A stretch of DNA of 25,939 bases. Origin: a virus. Lineage: Duplodnaviria > Caudoviricetes. Both the position numbers and the translations under genes were made by a program. The notes under the pieces are model-generated. The model was not told the DNA's origin, did no database searches, and saw nothing but the letters and a program-made list of their open reading frames with translations. The DNA lies in the IMG/VR virus record IMGVR_UViG_3300030330_000338, positions 1 to 25,939 of that record, one strand, 5' to 3'. Below are positions 10,201 through 18,286 of this stretch, piece by piece (position 1 is the first letter of the stretch; every line of letters starts with the position of its first letter).

Positions 10201-11687
10201 TTTCCATATTTTTCTTCTAGTTTTCTTTGTACTTTTTTATACTCTGCTTCACTATCTATATCTACAAATACGCTGTCTTTGTTTGATTTATTGTTAAACA
10301 TAGTATCAAATTGCGCTTCTATTGCTTTTGCACGTTCTTTATAAACTCTACCTCTTTGTGCAAATCCCAACCTTTCATCATATTCAGCTTCTAATTTATT
10401 AAAATCTATAGCTCTGTTTGATAGCTCTCTAACTTTGTTAGTTACACCTGTAACACTACCTGCACCTGCACCAACTCCTATACCTCCAAAGAACCCAGCA
10501 AATAAAGCGTTTAATCTATCTACTCTTGCGTTTGCCTTCGTGTATTTGTCATCAATACTAAATTTTTGTTGCACGGATAGTTCTTCTTGTAAACTTTCTG
10601 CAAGACCTTCAGAAAGACCAGTAGTAAAACTTATAGTGCCTAAATCTTTAAAAAAACTAGAACCAGCAGCACGTTTAAATTTAAAAGGGTCTTTATTAGC
10701 AAGTGTTCTTCTCCCACCTTTTCTAAGTTGATTTAAAAGAGTTGCAGCTACGGTAGCTTCTGCTCCTACCCCAATAGCCCCAAAAACTGAACCCTGTAAA
10801 ATAGAATCTATTGCCCTAGCGTTACTAACCCCAACTGGTCCCTGATCAGCATAATCGCTCATAGCTATACCAGTACCTATTCTTTGTTCTTGCCCAAAAG
10901 CTCCTAAAATCGCCCCTTGTTTAAATCTTCTACCTTTTATTTGAGATCGCATAGCTGGATAAAGAACGTTGTCTAATATCTCTTGTTCAGACATGCCATA
11001 CTTTTTATTTGTTTTTTGTTTTATTTTAAATGGGGGTTTTTTACCTCTGGATTTTGCTACTGCGTTTTTGTACGCTTTCTCAATTAAATTTTCTGCTTGT
11101 TCTTTTCTAAACCCTTTTTCTGCTAATCTTTGTGGCAGTTGTTTTAATGCTTGGCCTCCTCCAGCACGAATTGACCCATATAATGCTAAAGCCGGTGCAG
11201 TTGCGGTGCCTCCACTTAAAATACTAGCGCCAGTAATTGCACCACCTACCGTAATAGCTTCTGTCAAACTAGCTGCTAAAGAAGGTATGAATTGCCCTGT
11301 TGCAGAAGCAAACTGCATAAAAAAACGGTCAGCGGTAGGTTCATCTAGGAAAGTCTCAAAAGACTCCATATCCTGTAGATATAAACCAGACTCAGACTCA
11401 AAAACATCTGCTTCTCCTAAAAAGTTAGCAGCTGCAACATCATCGCCTCTTAAAGTTTGAATTGCTGCTCGGAAGTTTTTGTTTTGAGCTCTTACATTTG
11501 CCATACCAGAATTTATGCCGGCAGTAAGGGCGTCTATGACACCATTAATTCGTCTTGGTTCTGGTTCGTTTGTTCGTACTCTTTCGCCCCCTATGGTTGA
11601 AATGGGGTCTCTGAAAGTATCAGAAGGTTCTAGTTCTTCTCCACCTACGCCAAGTCGACGTTTTAATTCTTCTTCTGATATAGCCAT
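4218..11687 (-). CDS. Giant putative internal virion / DNA-ejection protein (2489 aa)
   Basis: Long uninterrupted ORF, last of four putative ejection genes. It has Gly/Ala-rich hydrophobic segments near the N-terminus, a charged middle, and a C-terminal region with RPTYANDPRWALVWQLKSF and hydrophobic helices (LVLNIVTLLGMTVIASL, AAIMPMVIMAGMLIPITMLGW). Position and size are analogous to podophage gp16-like proteins. Confidence 0.75.
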   Translation of the reverse strand: MAISEEELKRRLGVGGEELEPSDTFRDPISTIGGERVRTNEPEPRRINGVIDALTAGINSGMANVRAQNKNFRAAIQTLRGDDVAAANFLGEADVFESESGLYLQDMESFETFLDEPTADRFFMQFASATGQFIPSLAASLTEAITVGGAITGASILSGGTATAPALALYGSIRAGGGQALKQLPQRLAEKGFRKEQAENLIEKAYKNAVAKSRGKKPPFKIKQKTNKKYGMSEQEILDNVLYPAMRSQIKGRRFKQGAILGAFGQEQRIGTGIAMSDYADQGPVGVSNARAIDSILQGSVFGAIGVGAEATVAATLLNQLRKGGRRTLANKDPFKFKRAAGSSFFKDLGTISFTTGLSEGLAESLQEELSVQQKFSIDDKYTKANARVDRLNALFAGFFGGIGVGAGAGSVTGVTNKVRELSNRAIDFNKLEAEYDERLGFAQRGRVYKERAKAIEAQFDTMFNNKSNKDSVFVDIDSEAEYKKVQRKLEEKYGNRNLYTVATPTGAYFTTNPQKAESLANMMDADPFNTDMRENWLASEGLIYSRGRKPGDDAVVGLLDKETGELVHYQSAESITPEENGKTGVENAEAVMEFIKGKLDPQRYEVITQNLAEHLEYRKKGLNIRETTGFDRETEGPQMFAFQQRDENQKTAEDEDLSDVEMEGGTERAASEGIDPIERALTALEILEGRILGEGKLGQTKDEQLQEQGLDQYLKEIGLNITYRELIEFTRANNKIANAARQANINEAKGKKIQLQDLDKIFKPTGKEIQKIRSEVLTKEENASYTKILSKLIEKPQNQVLNSAQTQMLENMKADSVGTSAEVLTNIAEIIESAAPVSARDSIEDSLAGQTQDPKKFKMVPKAEILRTSVIDKPRKDQFENKEQFDAALEEYKARSAETRAKVRPGETAVQDEPVLKGQTGTIQNPYLDTEIFKPKPKPLSPAQRKNKKLVKKYNEELKAHEESIGWRIREKDKKAEQKDLDAAKAVINENFLATFNKSSKFYSKGLIENFLARQKTLQDNTQGTGFIGIVDTANIPDLKKAAELGITLEQYREVQEKPKTPIKPNRKYVLVEFGPEQEQALQFLGTSPSRFRDIGNDVRVLVQQAKNRYKNKPLLVKVEKKDRFKVRMPDVPSKRPGGVVDISVILEGFTTIAKEKGIRDFNELEDGEAQRVSALLDFIKYATENNILVQYFPVLSEQELADPDTLTERSAVDIDKNQGGLILAGSRDPRKNFNTYLLPDKTVVVGQRDLGKAITEIMDDPNSGVLRTNIENFSKAQLNKAFGTSGSANALIDNRNKFIGLETPLGKLVPDVRRKDFSVKGEDFFENTLKPFLEKNGFEEGLPESFAEMKYSELEEFIDILESFVDFKFAPRRLQETQLLSSPRSDLRFKRDQEQGISEAEDKRAKVFSRFLRSTNSQAHSILRAAISIRNAIDKQAVRERVKQNDVNSVLYSREIGFFGDRLAVKEEARQMDKGDFRSDTGEFVSSLEVGDPELVSRRASEDPVLRDEGRTFAEEANPFLQEQDKILGDRNRPKVRYPDKKKDGKPSKDEYIKYGRQTLNNIYELVALMDPGNLIRNVPTRAKRAFRKQITNNIIAAARKLGLSTNLVILDAEPELSGPINFEKLNIDETTFNDMRRKLLIDPFKDAITIKYSSKDVILIKGSTKLTDGQYFDALLKELGNSFIFQELDFSLKVGATRKALLKEYNKVRKDKNSPDIYTDDERGFNNWMADQFSIALKKELKVPIGDTNTTLKNYESMNGATKGWFKRLIKNLIALYNTITPQQRFRYQSNETAQSYIEQVVTDIRDGNKVHNRIPWQVKAKIENNIESVLGPQTFTDKQLTKALQQVRKIFSGKNMPKWLRQILLTADTRLRHFSEQLADFFQLDPRTKSASGTAGLFTLKNARAQRYLTDIARILGVKDGFFYSRFTEEQRTILNEAAREKTPTAQLSPKAKQVRLYLEKLYNELNLKQYGVDKRKNFFPRVIAIHEIAGDAQKQAALRALLIEYNPNEPISEIDNAIAELVRKGNGDIEFTAQDEIEVGVMQKRKKLFKQIPNDEFMDRNLMDEPEVSIKKYMDKLALKIEFERKGGTQELNKLLSTLTEAEQEEARKIIDSMFGKIPPITNGFLKAANNVGLVLNIVTLLGMTVIASLQDTAGPILRSRGTNKVTDIADVVKDMIKNPTEAADIARDIGAIGTDAMSSFFIFAGETDFINNTSKNIADWWFRVTGLEAYTRFTRVFATGMAQKFLSNHAQKAKTGDQTSIGYLRELNVTADEILAWEKGKATEAQLQSVNEALIQFVDESIVRPNPAQRPTYANDPRWALVWQLKSFFYAYGKTIVFPTLKETHRNFVEGKNAGAAIMPMVIMAGMLIPITMLGWEIRERFKVSLAWALPGISPDDPGVDYYRTDSMTPGQYWTEVLDRSGMLGPASLAMPIFLESHRYGKPFWVPPLGPTAERLYDGVTWDWRAADFMPIYSQLDTRALGR

Positions 11688-11689
11688 AT

Positions 11690-14600
11690 TTAATCAACGT
11701 ATAAACCTGCTGTCCCAACAACTTCTGGTATTAGAGCTAGTATTGTTCTCCTATCTTGTGGGTCTGGAAAAGCTCTTCTAAATTCTTCTGCAGGTAATGT
11801 ATTAATATATTGAACCTCGTTTGGATCTTCAAAAGTAAGTTTATCTATATAAGGGTCTCCATTCTTATCTAATTTAACGTTAGCCCTAGCGGTGTGCATG
11901 AGACTACTTACGGTTCCTGGAGGTAAACGATCTCTACCACTGAATATTCTAGTGCCCATAAATCCACCTTTTTCATCCTTTCCATGCACTAACGTTAAAG
12001 ACATTAATATGTCGCCTGTTGCATATATTAGCGCTCTTTTAGCGGTAGTACTTAAAGGAGGACTAAATTGATATTTACCATTTTTTAATATTACTTCGGT
12101 TGGACCCCCTTGCCTACTCCCTGTTTGTGAAATTTTAGTAAGTAAAGCTCTGTAATTTCTTGAAGCTTCTCCTTGATTAGAGTTATATACGCTTTGCATT
12201 TGCATTCTTGATGTGCCGTCAAAGTTAGCATATAAATTTATCGCTGAATCCCCATTAATGAATTCTTGAAATTCTGCCGCTTTCTCTGAAGCATATTTTC
12301 CAAACGTTTGTTCTAAAAGCTCGCGTTCATATTTAGTCGACTCTATAAACTCTAACTCAAACTCTGCATCCCCTCGTTGTATCTGATGTTTAGCTTCTAC
12401 TGTTAAAAAAGGATGTCCTGTAAAAGCTGTATTCATATTTTGTTGAAGGGCATTATCAAACGTAGTAGAGTCTGATGCCATTGCTGTTACCCCTAATACA
12501 GCTTCAAATAAAGATAACCCTATAACCGGATCAAAATGGGGTAAATTATAAAGGTCTGGCTTATCAGCTGTTACGTTATATTTTATTAAACCTGCTGCTA
12601 TTTTATCGTAAGTAGCTGGCGTAAGAAGATTTCTAATTTGGTCTTCGTTGTCAGATAGATATTTTATTATTTCTGCAGTTGAAGCAAAGGACCCATCTTC
12701 ATTTGTCGGTAGTTTTAAAGTTGGTATTTCTTCTACTCTTGTAGTGTTTTCTGGAAATGTTGGACCGCCAGAAGAAAGAATAGAAGGGGTTATTGTACCT
12801 TGTTGCACAGCACTAATTACTGTATCTAGTTCATCATCTGTAATAGTTTGTGGTGTAGCCCCTTCCCATCTTGCACGGACTTTATCACGAACTTCAGCAG
12901 CAGAAGCATTTTCTCCGGCAGCTTTAATGCTATCATTCATATACCAAAGAAATAATTTATCTTGGGTTTCAGGTGTAAATAAAGTATCACCTGTTATACC
13001 TAATTCATCAAACCCACCTCTGTTTTTAATATCTCTTAGTGTAGCACCAACAAATTGATACTTACCTACTGGGGTATGAACTTTACCTTCATCGCTTTGG
13101 CCTTTAGACCAGTTAGCATATTCACCATTTATTTTTACAAACTCTAATACTTGGTCCATAGTGCTTTCTGTAGCTTTAAAATCAAACTCATTGTTTTGTG
13201 ATTGTTTCCATAAGGCATCAGGATTATTAGAACTTTCAGCCATTGTTAACTTATCAATAGAATTCATAACTGGACTTAAATTAACATTTTGCGCCGCTGC
13301 AGGAGAAACGTTAACTCCAGATAAAATTGGATTTTGTCTATTAAGAGTATTTAAATCGTTTTCTAAATTTTCTAAATCGGCTCGTAGTCCTACTTTACGT
13401 TGTTCTGGAACTTTTGGGTTATCTAGTTGAGCTTGAATATTTTTTATTTGTGTTTCTAAATTAGTTTTAGGCTGTGTAAAACCTACTCTTCTTAAAGCTT
13501 CATCATCTTCAATTATCTTATCTTTTACATATTGTGCGTAATCATATATATCTTTTTCTGCTCTTGATTTTTCTGCGCGTTTTTCTGCTAAAAGTTGGCC
13601 TACAGTAGTTTCGCCTTCAAGATCTGTCGGCCTTCCTGTAATTGTTAAGCTAGTTCCTGTAACCATACTCCTACTTCTAGTGCCTGGTATAACTTCATTT
13701 GGATCTCTTTGTTCTAAATCTGCTATCTCACTAGTTAAAGTGGTTATATTTGGAGGGGGGCCATTGGTAGTAAAACCCTCATAATTTATATCACCACCAT
13801 AAGCTTCAGGATAGAGACCTTGTTCTAAAAGCTTAACATCCGAAATGTTTGTTTCTAAAGGCATGTTGTTTTCATAAGCGCCTATAATTTCATTAGCAAG
13901 ACTTAAAGACTGTCTGTATTGGCCCATAGAAGTATTAGAAGTCCCTGTGGGTAACGAACCTCTATCCCCCCTGGCTATAATAGTTTCTTTATCAACACTT
14001 CCAAATGCTTTTGGAATAGAAGAATCTACCCTATCAAATAAAGTATCATTCTCAGTTATCCTGTTATATATTTCTTCGTCTTGTTTAGCGTCTATAGCCT
14101 CTTGTAAAGGAGTCCAAAGCTCATTGTTAAGTTCTAAAGCTTCTCCTGGAGTTAGTAAGTTGTTATCTACATCATCGTCAAACTGCTTAAATACATCGTT
14201 AAAATTAACTGAATCTCTTCTTTGTTCTTCAAGTTGTAGTCTTGCTCTTATGTCAGGGAGTATGTCTGACTTACTACCTGCCTCTAAATTTTTAGTAAGA
14301 GCTAAATTAAAAGTTTTGTAAGCTCCTTCGGCATCTGTAAATAATATTGGAGTAGTAGGATCGTTATTTCTAAATATATTAAAAGGAGCAATGCCCCCTC
14401 TTTTGTTTTTATTTAAAGCGTGTATTTGACCAGTATCTCTATCTATTAATACTCCTACTGGAATGCCCCTTTCATTTCTTCCACTTTCTACATCATTGTA
14501 ACTAACTATACTAGAACTAGAATCCATAAGTTGTAATGCGTCATCCATATTTTTTATAAAATAGAATTTATGTTTAGTAGGATCGTTTTGGCTCATTACC

Positions 14601-14884
14601 CCATTTTTATAAGGTTCTAAGGCATCATAATCTTCAGCTTGCATGCCTCCTTTGTTAACAGTTATTTCTTCTCCTTTATCATTAAGTTTTGTGTATTCAA
14701 ATTTTAAACCGTGTTGTCTATAAAAATTGTCATAGTCCATGGTGCCATATACACCATCACCTATTTTTGTGTAAGTTACATAGTCGCTGTATATAGTATT
14801 AATATCGTCAGCTTCTTCTCTTTTTAAATCAGCCTGTCTGTCTGCTAATCTTGATGCTGCTGATAATCTAGTTAATGCACTCAT
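11690..14884 (-). CDS. Putative internal virion protein with lambda-R-like lysozyme / lytic transglycosylase domain (1064 aa)
   Basis: Motifs AES (E550), VGKYQFVGATL and FTPETQDKL at about aa 540-680, preceded by a coiled-coil-like stretch. ATGA-coupled to the upstream gene. Confidence 0.75.
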   Translation of the reverse strand: MSALTRLSAASRLADRQADLKREEADDINTIYSDYVTYTKIGDGVYGTMDYDNFYRQHGLKFEYTKLNDKGEEITVNKGGMQAEDYDALEPYKNGVMSQNDPTKHKFYFIKNMDDALQLMDSSSSIVSYNDVESGRNERGIPVGVLIDRDTGQIHALNKNKRGGIAPFNIFRNNDPTTPILFTDAEGAYKTFNLALTKNLEAGSKSDILPDIRARLQLEEQRRDSVNFNDVFKQFDDDVDNNLLTPGEALELNNELWTPLQEAIDAKQDEEIYNRITENDTLFDRVDSSIPKAFGSVDKETIIARGDRGSLPTGTSNTSMGQYRQSLSLANEIIGAYENNMPLETNISDVKLLEQGLYPEAYGGDINYEGFTTNGPPPNITTLTSEIADLEQRDPNEVIPGTRSRSMVTGTSLTITGRPTDLEGETTVGQLLAEKRAEKSRAEKDIYDYAQYVKDKIIEDDEALRRVGFTQPKTNLETQIKNIQAQLDNPKVPEQRKVGLRADLENLENDLNTLNRQNPILSGVNVSPAAAQNVNLSPVMNSIDKLTMAESSNNPDALWKQSQNNEFDFKATESTMDQVLEFVKINGEYANWSKGQSDEGKVHTPVGKYQFVGATLRDIKNRGGFDELGITGDTLFTPETQDKLFLWYMNDSIKAAGENASAAEVRDKVRARWEGATPQTITDDELDTVISAVQQGTITPSILSSGGPTFPENTTRVEEIPTLKLPTNEDGSFASTAEIIKYLSDNEDQIRNLLTPATYDKIAAGLIKYNVTADKPDLYNLPHFDPVIGLSLFEAVLGVTAMASDSTTFDNALQQNMNTAFTGHPFLTVEAKHQIQRGDAEFELEFIESTKYERELLEQTFGKYASEKAAEFQEFINGDSAINLYANFDGTSRMQMQSVYNSNQGEASRNYRALLTKISQTGSRQGGPTEVILKNGKYQFSPPLSTTAKRALIYATGDILMSLTLVHGKDEKGGFMGTRIFSGRDRLPPGTVSSLMHTARANVKLDKNGDPYIDKLTFEDPNEVQYINTLPAEEFRRAFPDPQDRRTILALIPEVVGTAGLYVD

Positions 14885-15429
14885 ATTAAAAACGACGCCA
14901 GTATTGACGCTCCCATTCCAGCCATTTGTGATGCATACCCTGCTTTAGCCTGTTTGTATGCGCTTCTTCTTTGCGATGCTCCTTGCGCCGCTGTACCTAA
15001 ACCCTCTAATGCTCTGGCATTCACACCTTGTCCAATACCTATTATTTCTTGCATTAGTGCTTGGTTTATTTGTGATTGTTGGACTCGTGCGTTATTTGAT
15101 ACGTCTGTAAGCGATAGAGCTTCTCCTCTTTGAGCGGCTCTAGCTGCCTCTCTTTGTTGTGCTGGGGTTTGTGCCCCTCCATATCTTTCTAAAGCTCTTC
15201 TTCTTGCTCCTGCTGCAATACGTGCTTGACGTTCTGCATTTCGTCTAGAACGACGTATCAAACTATCATCATTTACCATTCCAAGTAATCTGTCTTCAAA
15301 AGCTTGGAAATTGCCAATATAATCGTTGTAATCTTGTTGTAAAATATCAGCAAAAGCTCTATCTGGATCTTGAACATCTGGCAGGTTAGCTGCAACGTTT
15401 GTAGTATTATGTCCTGGATAATGTGCCAT
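14881..15429 (-). CDS. Putative small ejection / DNA-transfer protein (182 aa)
   Basis: Ala/Gln/Arg-rich helical composition with a hydrophobic C-terminus (MAGMGASILASFLI). GGAGG SD. Position precedes the large internal proteins. Confidence 0.55.
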   Translation of the reverse strand: MAHYPGHNTTNVAANLPDVQDPDRAFADILQQDYNDYIGNFQAFEDRLLGMVNDDSLIRRSRRNAERQARIAAGARRRALERYGGAQTPAQQREAARAAQRGEALSLTDVSNNARVQQSQINQALMQEIIGIGQGVNARALEGLGTAAQGASQRRSAYKQAKAGYASQMAGMGASILASFLI

Positions 15430-15431
15430 TT

Positions 15432-16076
15432 TTAACCTCCTGGATTATAAATATTACCTAAATTACCGCCAGTTATTTTGCCACCTTTAAAAACACCACC
15501 AAAAACTGCACCTAAAGTAGTACGTAGCCCGCCAGTGCCCATTGTAAAACCTGCGCCTTCTAAAGCTTTTACATCTTGGAAGTTAGACCCCATTTGTTTA
15601 CCTAAAATAGTACCTGCTTTTATTAATCCAGATGTTCGTGTTTGTTTAGCTTTTGCTTTTGCTAGTGTTTCCGTAGTAGCAATTTTAGAAGCTTGTGACA
15701 AACCAGAAGCAGTTTGTGTAGCCATTTGATTTGCCATTTTTATACCTGTAACTTGGTCAGATCGTGCAGCAGTCAAACCTTGAGTGGCTGCTTGTAACTG
15801 TTGCGCAGAGGCAGCTGCAGCTAAATCAGCTTGTGAATCTACACTTTGCACTGCTCTTAAGGTTGGCCTATCAGTAAGAACCTGCATAGTATCAGCTTGT
15901 GCTCTGCCTTCAGCTACTGCTTGTAAAGACCCTTCGTCTTTAAAAGCTCCTTTTACATACTCTTGTAATACAGGAGAAAACTTTTCTCTAAATCGTTTTT
16001 TATCCTGCATAGCTATAGCTGCATTTATTTTTTCTACCGGACTTGCCTTGTATTGAGATGATTTTGGTTTACTCAA
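15432..16076 (-). CDS. Putative small ejection / DNA-transfer protein (214 aa)
   Basis: Ala/Gln-rich helical body and Gly-rich hydrophobic C-terminus. AGGAG SD. Position analogous to the small ejection proteins of podophages. Confidence 0.55.
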   Translation of the reverse strand: MSKPKSSQYKASPVEKINAAIAMQDKKRFREKFSPVLQEYVKGAFKDEGSLQAVAEGRAQADTMQVLTDRPTLRAVQSVDSQADLAAAASAQQLQAATQGLTAARSDQVTGIKMANQMATQTASGLSQASKIATTETLAKAKAKQTRTSGLIKAGTILGKQMGSNFQDVKALEGAGFTMGTGGLRTTLGAVFGGVFKGGKITGGNLGNIYNPGG

Positions 16077-16503
16077 CTTTTCTCCTGTAAATTCGTGTGT
16101 CTAAAGTCCAACCGTTTTTAACCGCGTACGATTCAAATCCAGGGACATTTGATTGTGCTTCTATAAATTTACAATCTAGTTCTTTTGCCACACTTTCTAT
16201 CCACTGTTCATGAGCTATCCACTGATGCCCACCTATATTATAAGTATACGCTAACCACATATACAATGTCTTGTCTTTTGTGTATCTATCTACTTCTATA
16301 GTAAATACCAAAAAACCTGTTGGAGAGGTAAACAGAAAAGCTCTTTCGTTTACACACTCACTATAAACATCTTCTGGAATAAAGGTTAGATTAGGATTAT
16401 CTTTTAAAATATCAGTTATACCAACTTTTATAACATTCCAACATTTCCGTATGTCAGTATAAACTGGTAACTCAATAGTCGATCTCCTTTCCGTATCTTC
16501 CAT
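16069..16503 (-). CDS. GNAT-fold-like virion assembly protein (144 aa)
   Basis: Strong AAGGAGG SD within the upstream gene (32-nt overlap). Pattern GFLVF...LYMWLAY...IESVAKELDCKFIE..S..PGF....KNGW resembles the acetyltransferase-like proteins found between adaptor and ejection genes. Confidence 0.55.
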   Translation of the reverse strand: MEDTERRSTIELPVYTDIRKCWNVIKVGITDILKDNPNLTFIPEDVYSECVNERAFLFTSPTGFLVFTIEVDRYTKDKTLYMWLAYTYNIGGHQWIAHEQWIESVAKELDCKFIEAQSNVPGFESYAVKNGWTLDTRIYRRKVE

Positions 16504-17146
16504 AGCGCCTCCTTGGCTTACCTATTCCTTTGTATCTTACTGTTCGTTTTACACCTAGATCTCCGCCTCTTGCACGAAGTTCTGCTTGTTGTATTTCTTG
16601 ATTGAATTGCAATAGATACTCTCTAGCAGCATTTACATCTGTCCATTCTCTGCTAGGCATTCGTAACAATCTATATAAAGTCCCATATATAATCCCGTCT
16701 CTATAATCATTAGAAAAAGTTGTATCTATATTATTGCTTGTTCTTGTTGGTTTTAACGCTAAGCTTGCAATAATTTCTTTACCTCCGCTTGGGACTGGTA
16801 CTAACCAAAAAGTAGTAGGGGATTTTTGCAGATACACATGTGGTTGTCCTGTTCTATCTCTCCAGTCTGGGTAATTGTATTCCAAACTTCTAGGGCTAAT
16901 AGGGTCCATGTCTCGACCGTCATGGGTCATATGCAAAATTTGATGCACTGCAGTTCCTACAGGAATGTCAAAATCATATTCGAAAACTCCTGATACAGTA
17001 GTAAAAGGGTCCATGTCATGTATATAGGCTTTAGATCTTTCACAAAGCTCTATAGTTGTAGAACGTAAATTAGACTCTACCAAAGTGTCTGGGCACATTG
17101 GTACGTAAGGTAAGATTTCTTTTACTAAGGAAGAGAAGTTAGCCAT
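16472..17146 (-). CDS. Head-tail adaptor / tail tubular-A-like protein (224 aa)
   Basis: ILPYVPMCP..LV...LR...IELCERS and LALKPTR...YRDGIIYGTLYRLLRMP.REWTD...A patterns. Position downstream of the capsid gene. Confidence 0.65.
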   Translation of the reverse strand: MANFSSLVKEILPYVPMCPDTLVESNLRSTTIELCERSKAYIHDMDPFTTVSGVFEYDFDIPVGTAVHQILHMTHDGRDMDPISPRSLEYNYPDWRDRTGQPHVYLQKSPTTFWLVPVPSGGKEIIASLALKPTRTSNNIDTTFSNDYRDGIIYGTLYRLLRMPSREWTDVNAAREYLLQFNQEIQQAELRARGGDLGVKRTVRYKGIGKPRRRYGRYGKEIDY

Positions 17147-17148
17147 GG

Positions 17149-17859
17149 CTAACGCCCGGTAGGTGCCATAACTGGAGCAGGTTGAGCGTTATCAGCATTT
17201 GGACTAATTAAATTTGATGCTCCTGCTCCCTGTCCTAAGCTAGCAGTAAATAACTGATAGTGTTGCCCTGCTCTTTGTTGGTTGCCTGCATATTCTGCAT
17301 CTTTTAAGTATGCTCTAAATAAAACATAGTCAACTATTGCGTTGCCATACGTATCATCTAAATCTATGGTAGCACTAGTATTGCCTAAGTCTGTAGGAGA
17401 TTTAGAATATACGATTTCTACGAACGCATTACCAGCTACTCCTGGATACACATAAAATCGTCTTGGGTCATCTTCATCAAATACATAATGTTTAACATTC
17501 GTGCCGTGTGCAGCATCTCCAGATACAGATGGATTGTTCCAATCTGGTTCTTGTGTATTGAGAATATCAACACTTACTAATCTAATTGCTCTGGCTCCTG
17601 TAGCACCACCAGAAGCATCAGACATATTTCTAGTTACTTTAATTAACCGTAACCCTTCAGTAGGTAACGATTGTAAAGTACCCGTAACTAATTGTATGTT
17701 TGCAGTTTTTGATGAGGCTTCAGGCCTAAAGTTTACAATTTCTCTTTGTGCATCGTTTATGTACCTAAGCAATTCTGCTTCTGGCCATCTAACACTGGTT
17801 GTGTCTTGCAGCGTGTCTTGTACTCTAGTTATTAAATTAGCGCCTGTGAGTGTACCCAT
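17149..17859 (-). CDS. Head-tail adaptor protein, DUF6682-like (236 aa)
   Basis: LQDTTSVRWPEAELLRYINDAQREIVNFRPEA, FYVYP and NAIVDYVLFRAYLKDAEYAGN..RA..HYQLF match my recollection of this phage adaptor family. Confidence 0.75.
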   Translation of the reverse strand: MGTLTGANLITRVQDTLQDTTSVRWPEAELLRYINDAQREIVNFRPEASSKTANIQLVTGTLQSLPTEGLRLIKVTRNMSDASGGATGARAIRLVSVDILNTQEPDWNNPSVSGDAAHGTNVKHYVFDEDDPRRFYVYPGVAGNAFVEIVYSKSPTDLGNTSATIDLDDTYGNAIVDYVLFRAYLKDAEYAGNQQRAGQHYQLFTASLGQGAGASNLISPNADNAQPAPVMAPTGR

Positions 17860-17867
17860 GTTTTATC

Positions 17868-18227
17868 CTATTGTGCAGCTTTTATCTCTTCTATTAAAGT
17901 TGCTTTCTTTTTTCTTCTATCAAGCTCAATACCAATTGTACGGCCGTATTCTTCTAATTGAATTTTGGTCATAGAATCAATATCTACAGAAGTTTCTTCT
18001 ACAGCTATTTCTTCTACAACTGTTTCTTCTACAACTGTTTCTTCTACAACTGTTTCTTCTACAGGAGCAGGGGTTGAAACCTCTCCTTCTTGTACTTCTG
18101 TGCACCCTGCTTGTAAACATAATAATCCTAAATCGTGTCCAACCTGTCTAGGTTCTCCAGCTTTTAAATGTATAACTGCTCCCCAAGTTGAGGCCACTGA
18201 TTTATCTTCGTTTGAAATAATCCACAT
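17868..18227 (-). CDS. Small acidic protein with VEET repeats and C-terminal HeH/Rho-N-like domain (119 aa)
   Basis: AAGGAG SD. C-terminal DSMTKIQLEEYGRTIGIELDRRKKKATLIEEI fits a helix-extension-helix pattern, commonly encoded just after capsid genes. Confidence 0.65.
   Translation of the reverse strand: MWIISNEDKSVASTWGAVIHLKAGEPRQVGHDLGLLCLQAGCTEVQEGEVSTPAPVEETVVEETVVEETVVEEIAVEETSVDIDSMTKIQLEEYGRTIGIELDRRKKKATLIEEIKAAQ
17994..18062. repeat. In-frame 15-nt tandem repeat (VEETV units)
   Basis: ttcttctac at 17994, 18009, 18024, 18039 and 18054. Three perfect ttcttctacaactgt units span 18009-18053. Confidence 0.9.
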
Positions 18228-18242
18228 AATTTTTCACTCCTT

Positions 18243-18273
18243 AAATATGGGTGGTCATTAATAACCACCCATA
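18243..18273 (-). terminator. Stem-loop after the capsid gene; probable leaky intrinsic terminator
   Basis: Perfect 10-bp inverted repeat tatgggtggt (18246-55) / accacccata (18264-73), followed on the minus strand by only TTT and then the next SD. Confidence 0.65.
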
Positions 18274-18286
18274 AAATATACCACAA

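Noticed and set aside
4218-11687. Giant ORF as an N4-like or crAss-like virion RNA polymerase
   Set aside because: I found no DxDxD two-barrel motif and no convincing T7-type polymerase motifs. Hydrophobic terminal segments and gene position fit an ejection protein. A remote structural match cannot be excluded without modelling.
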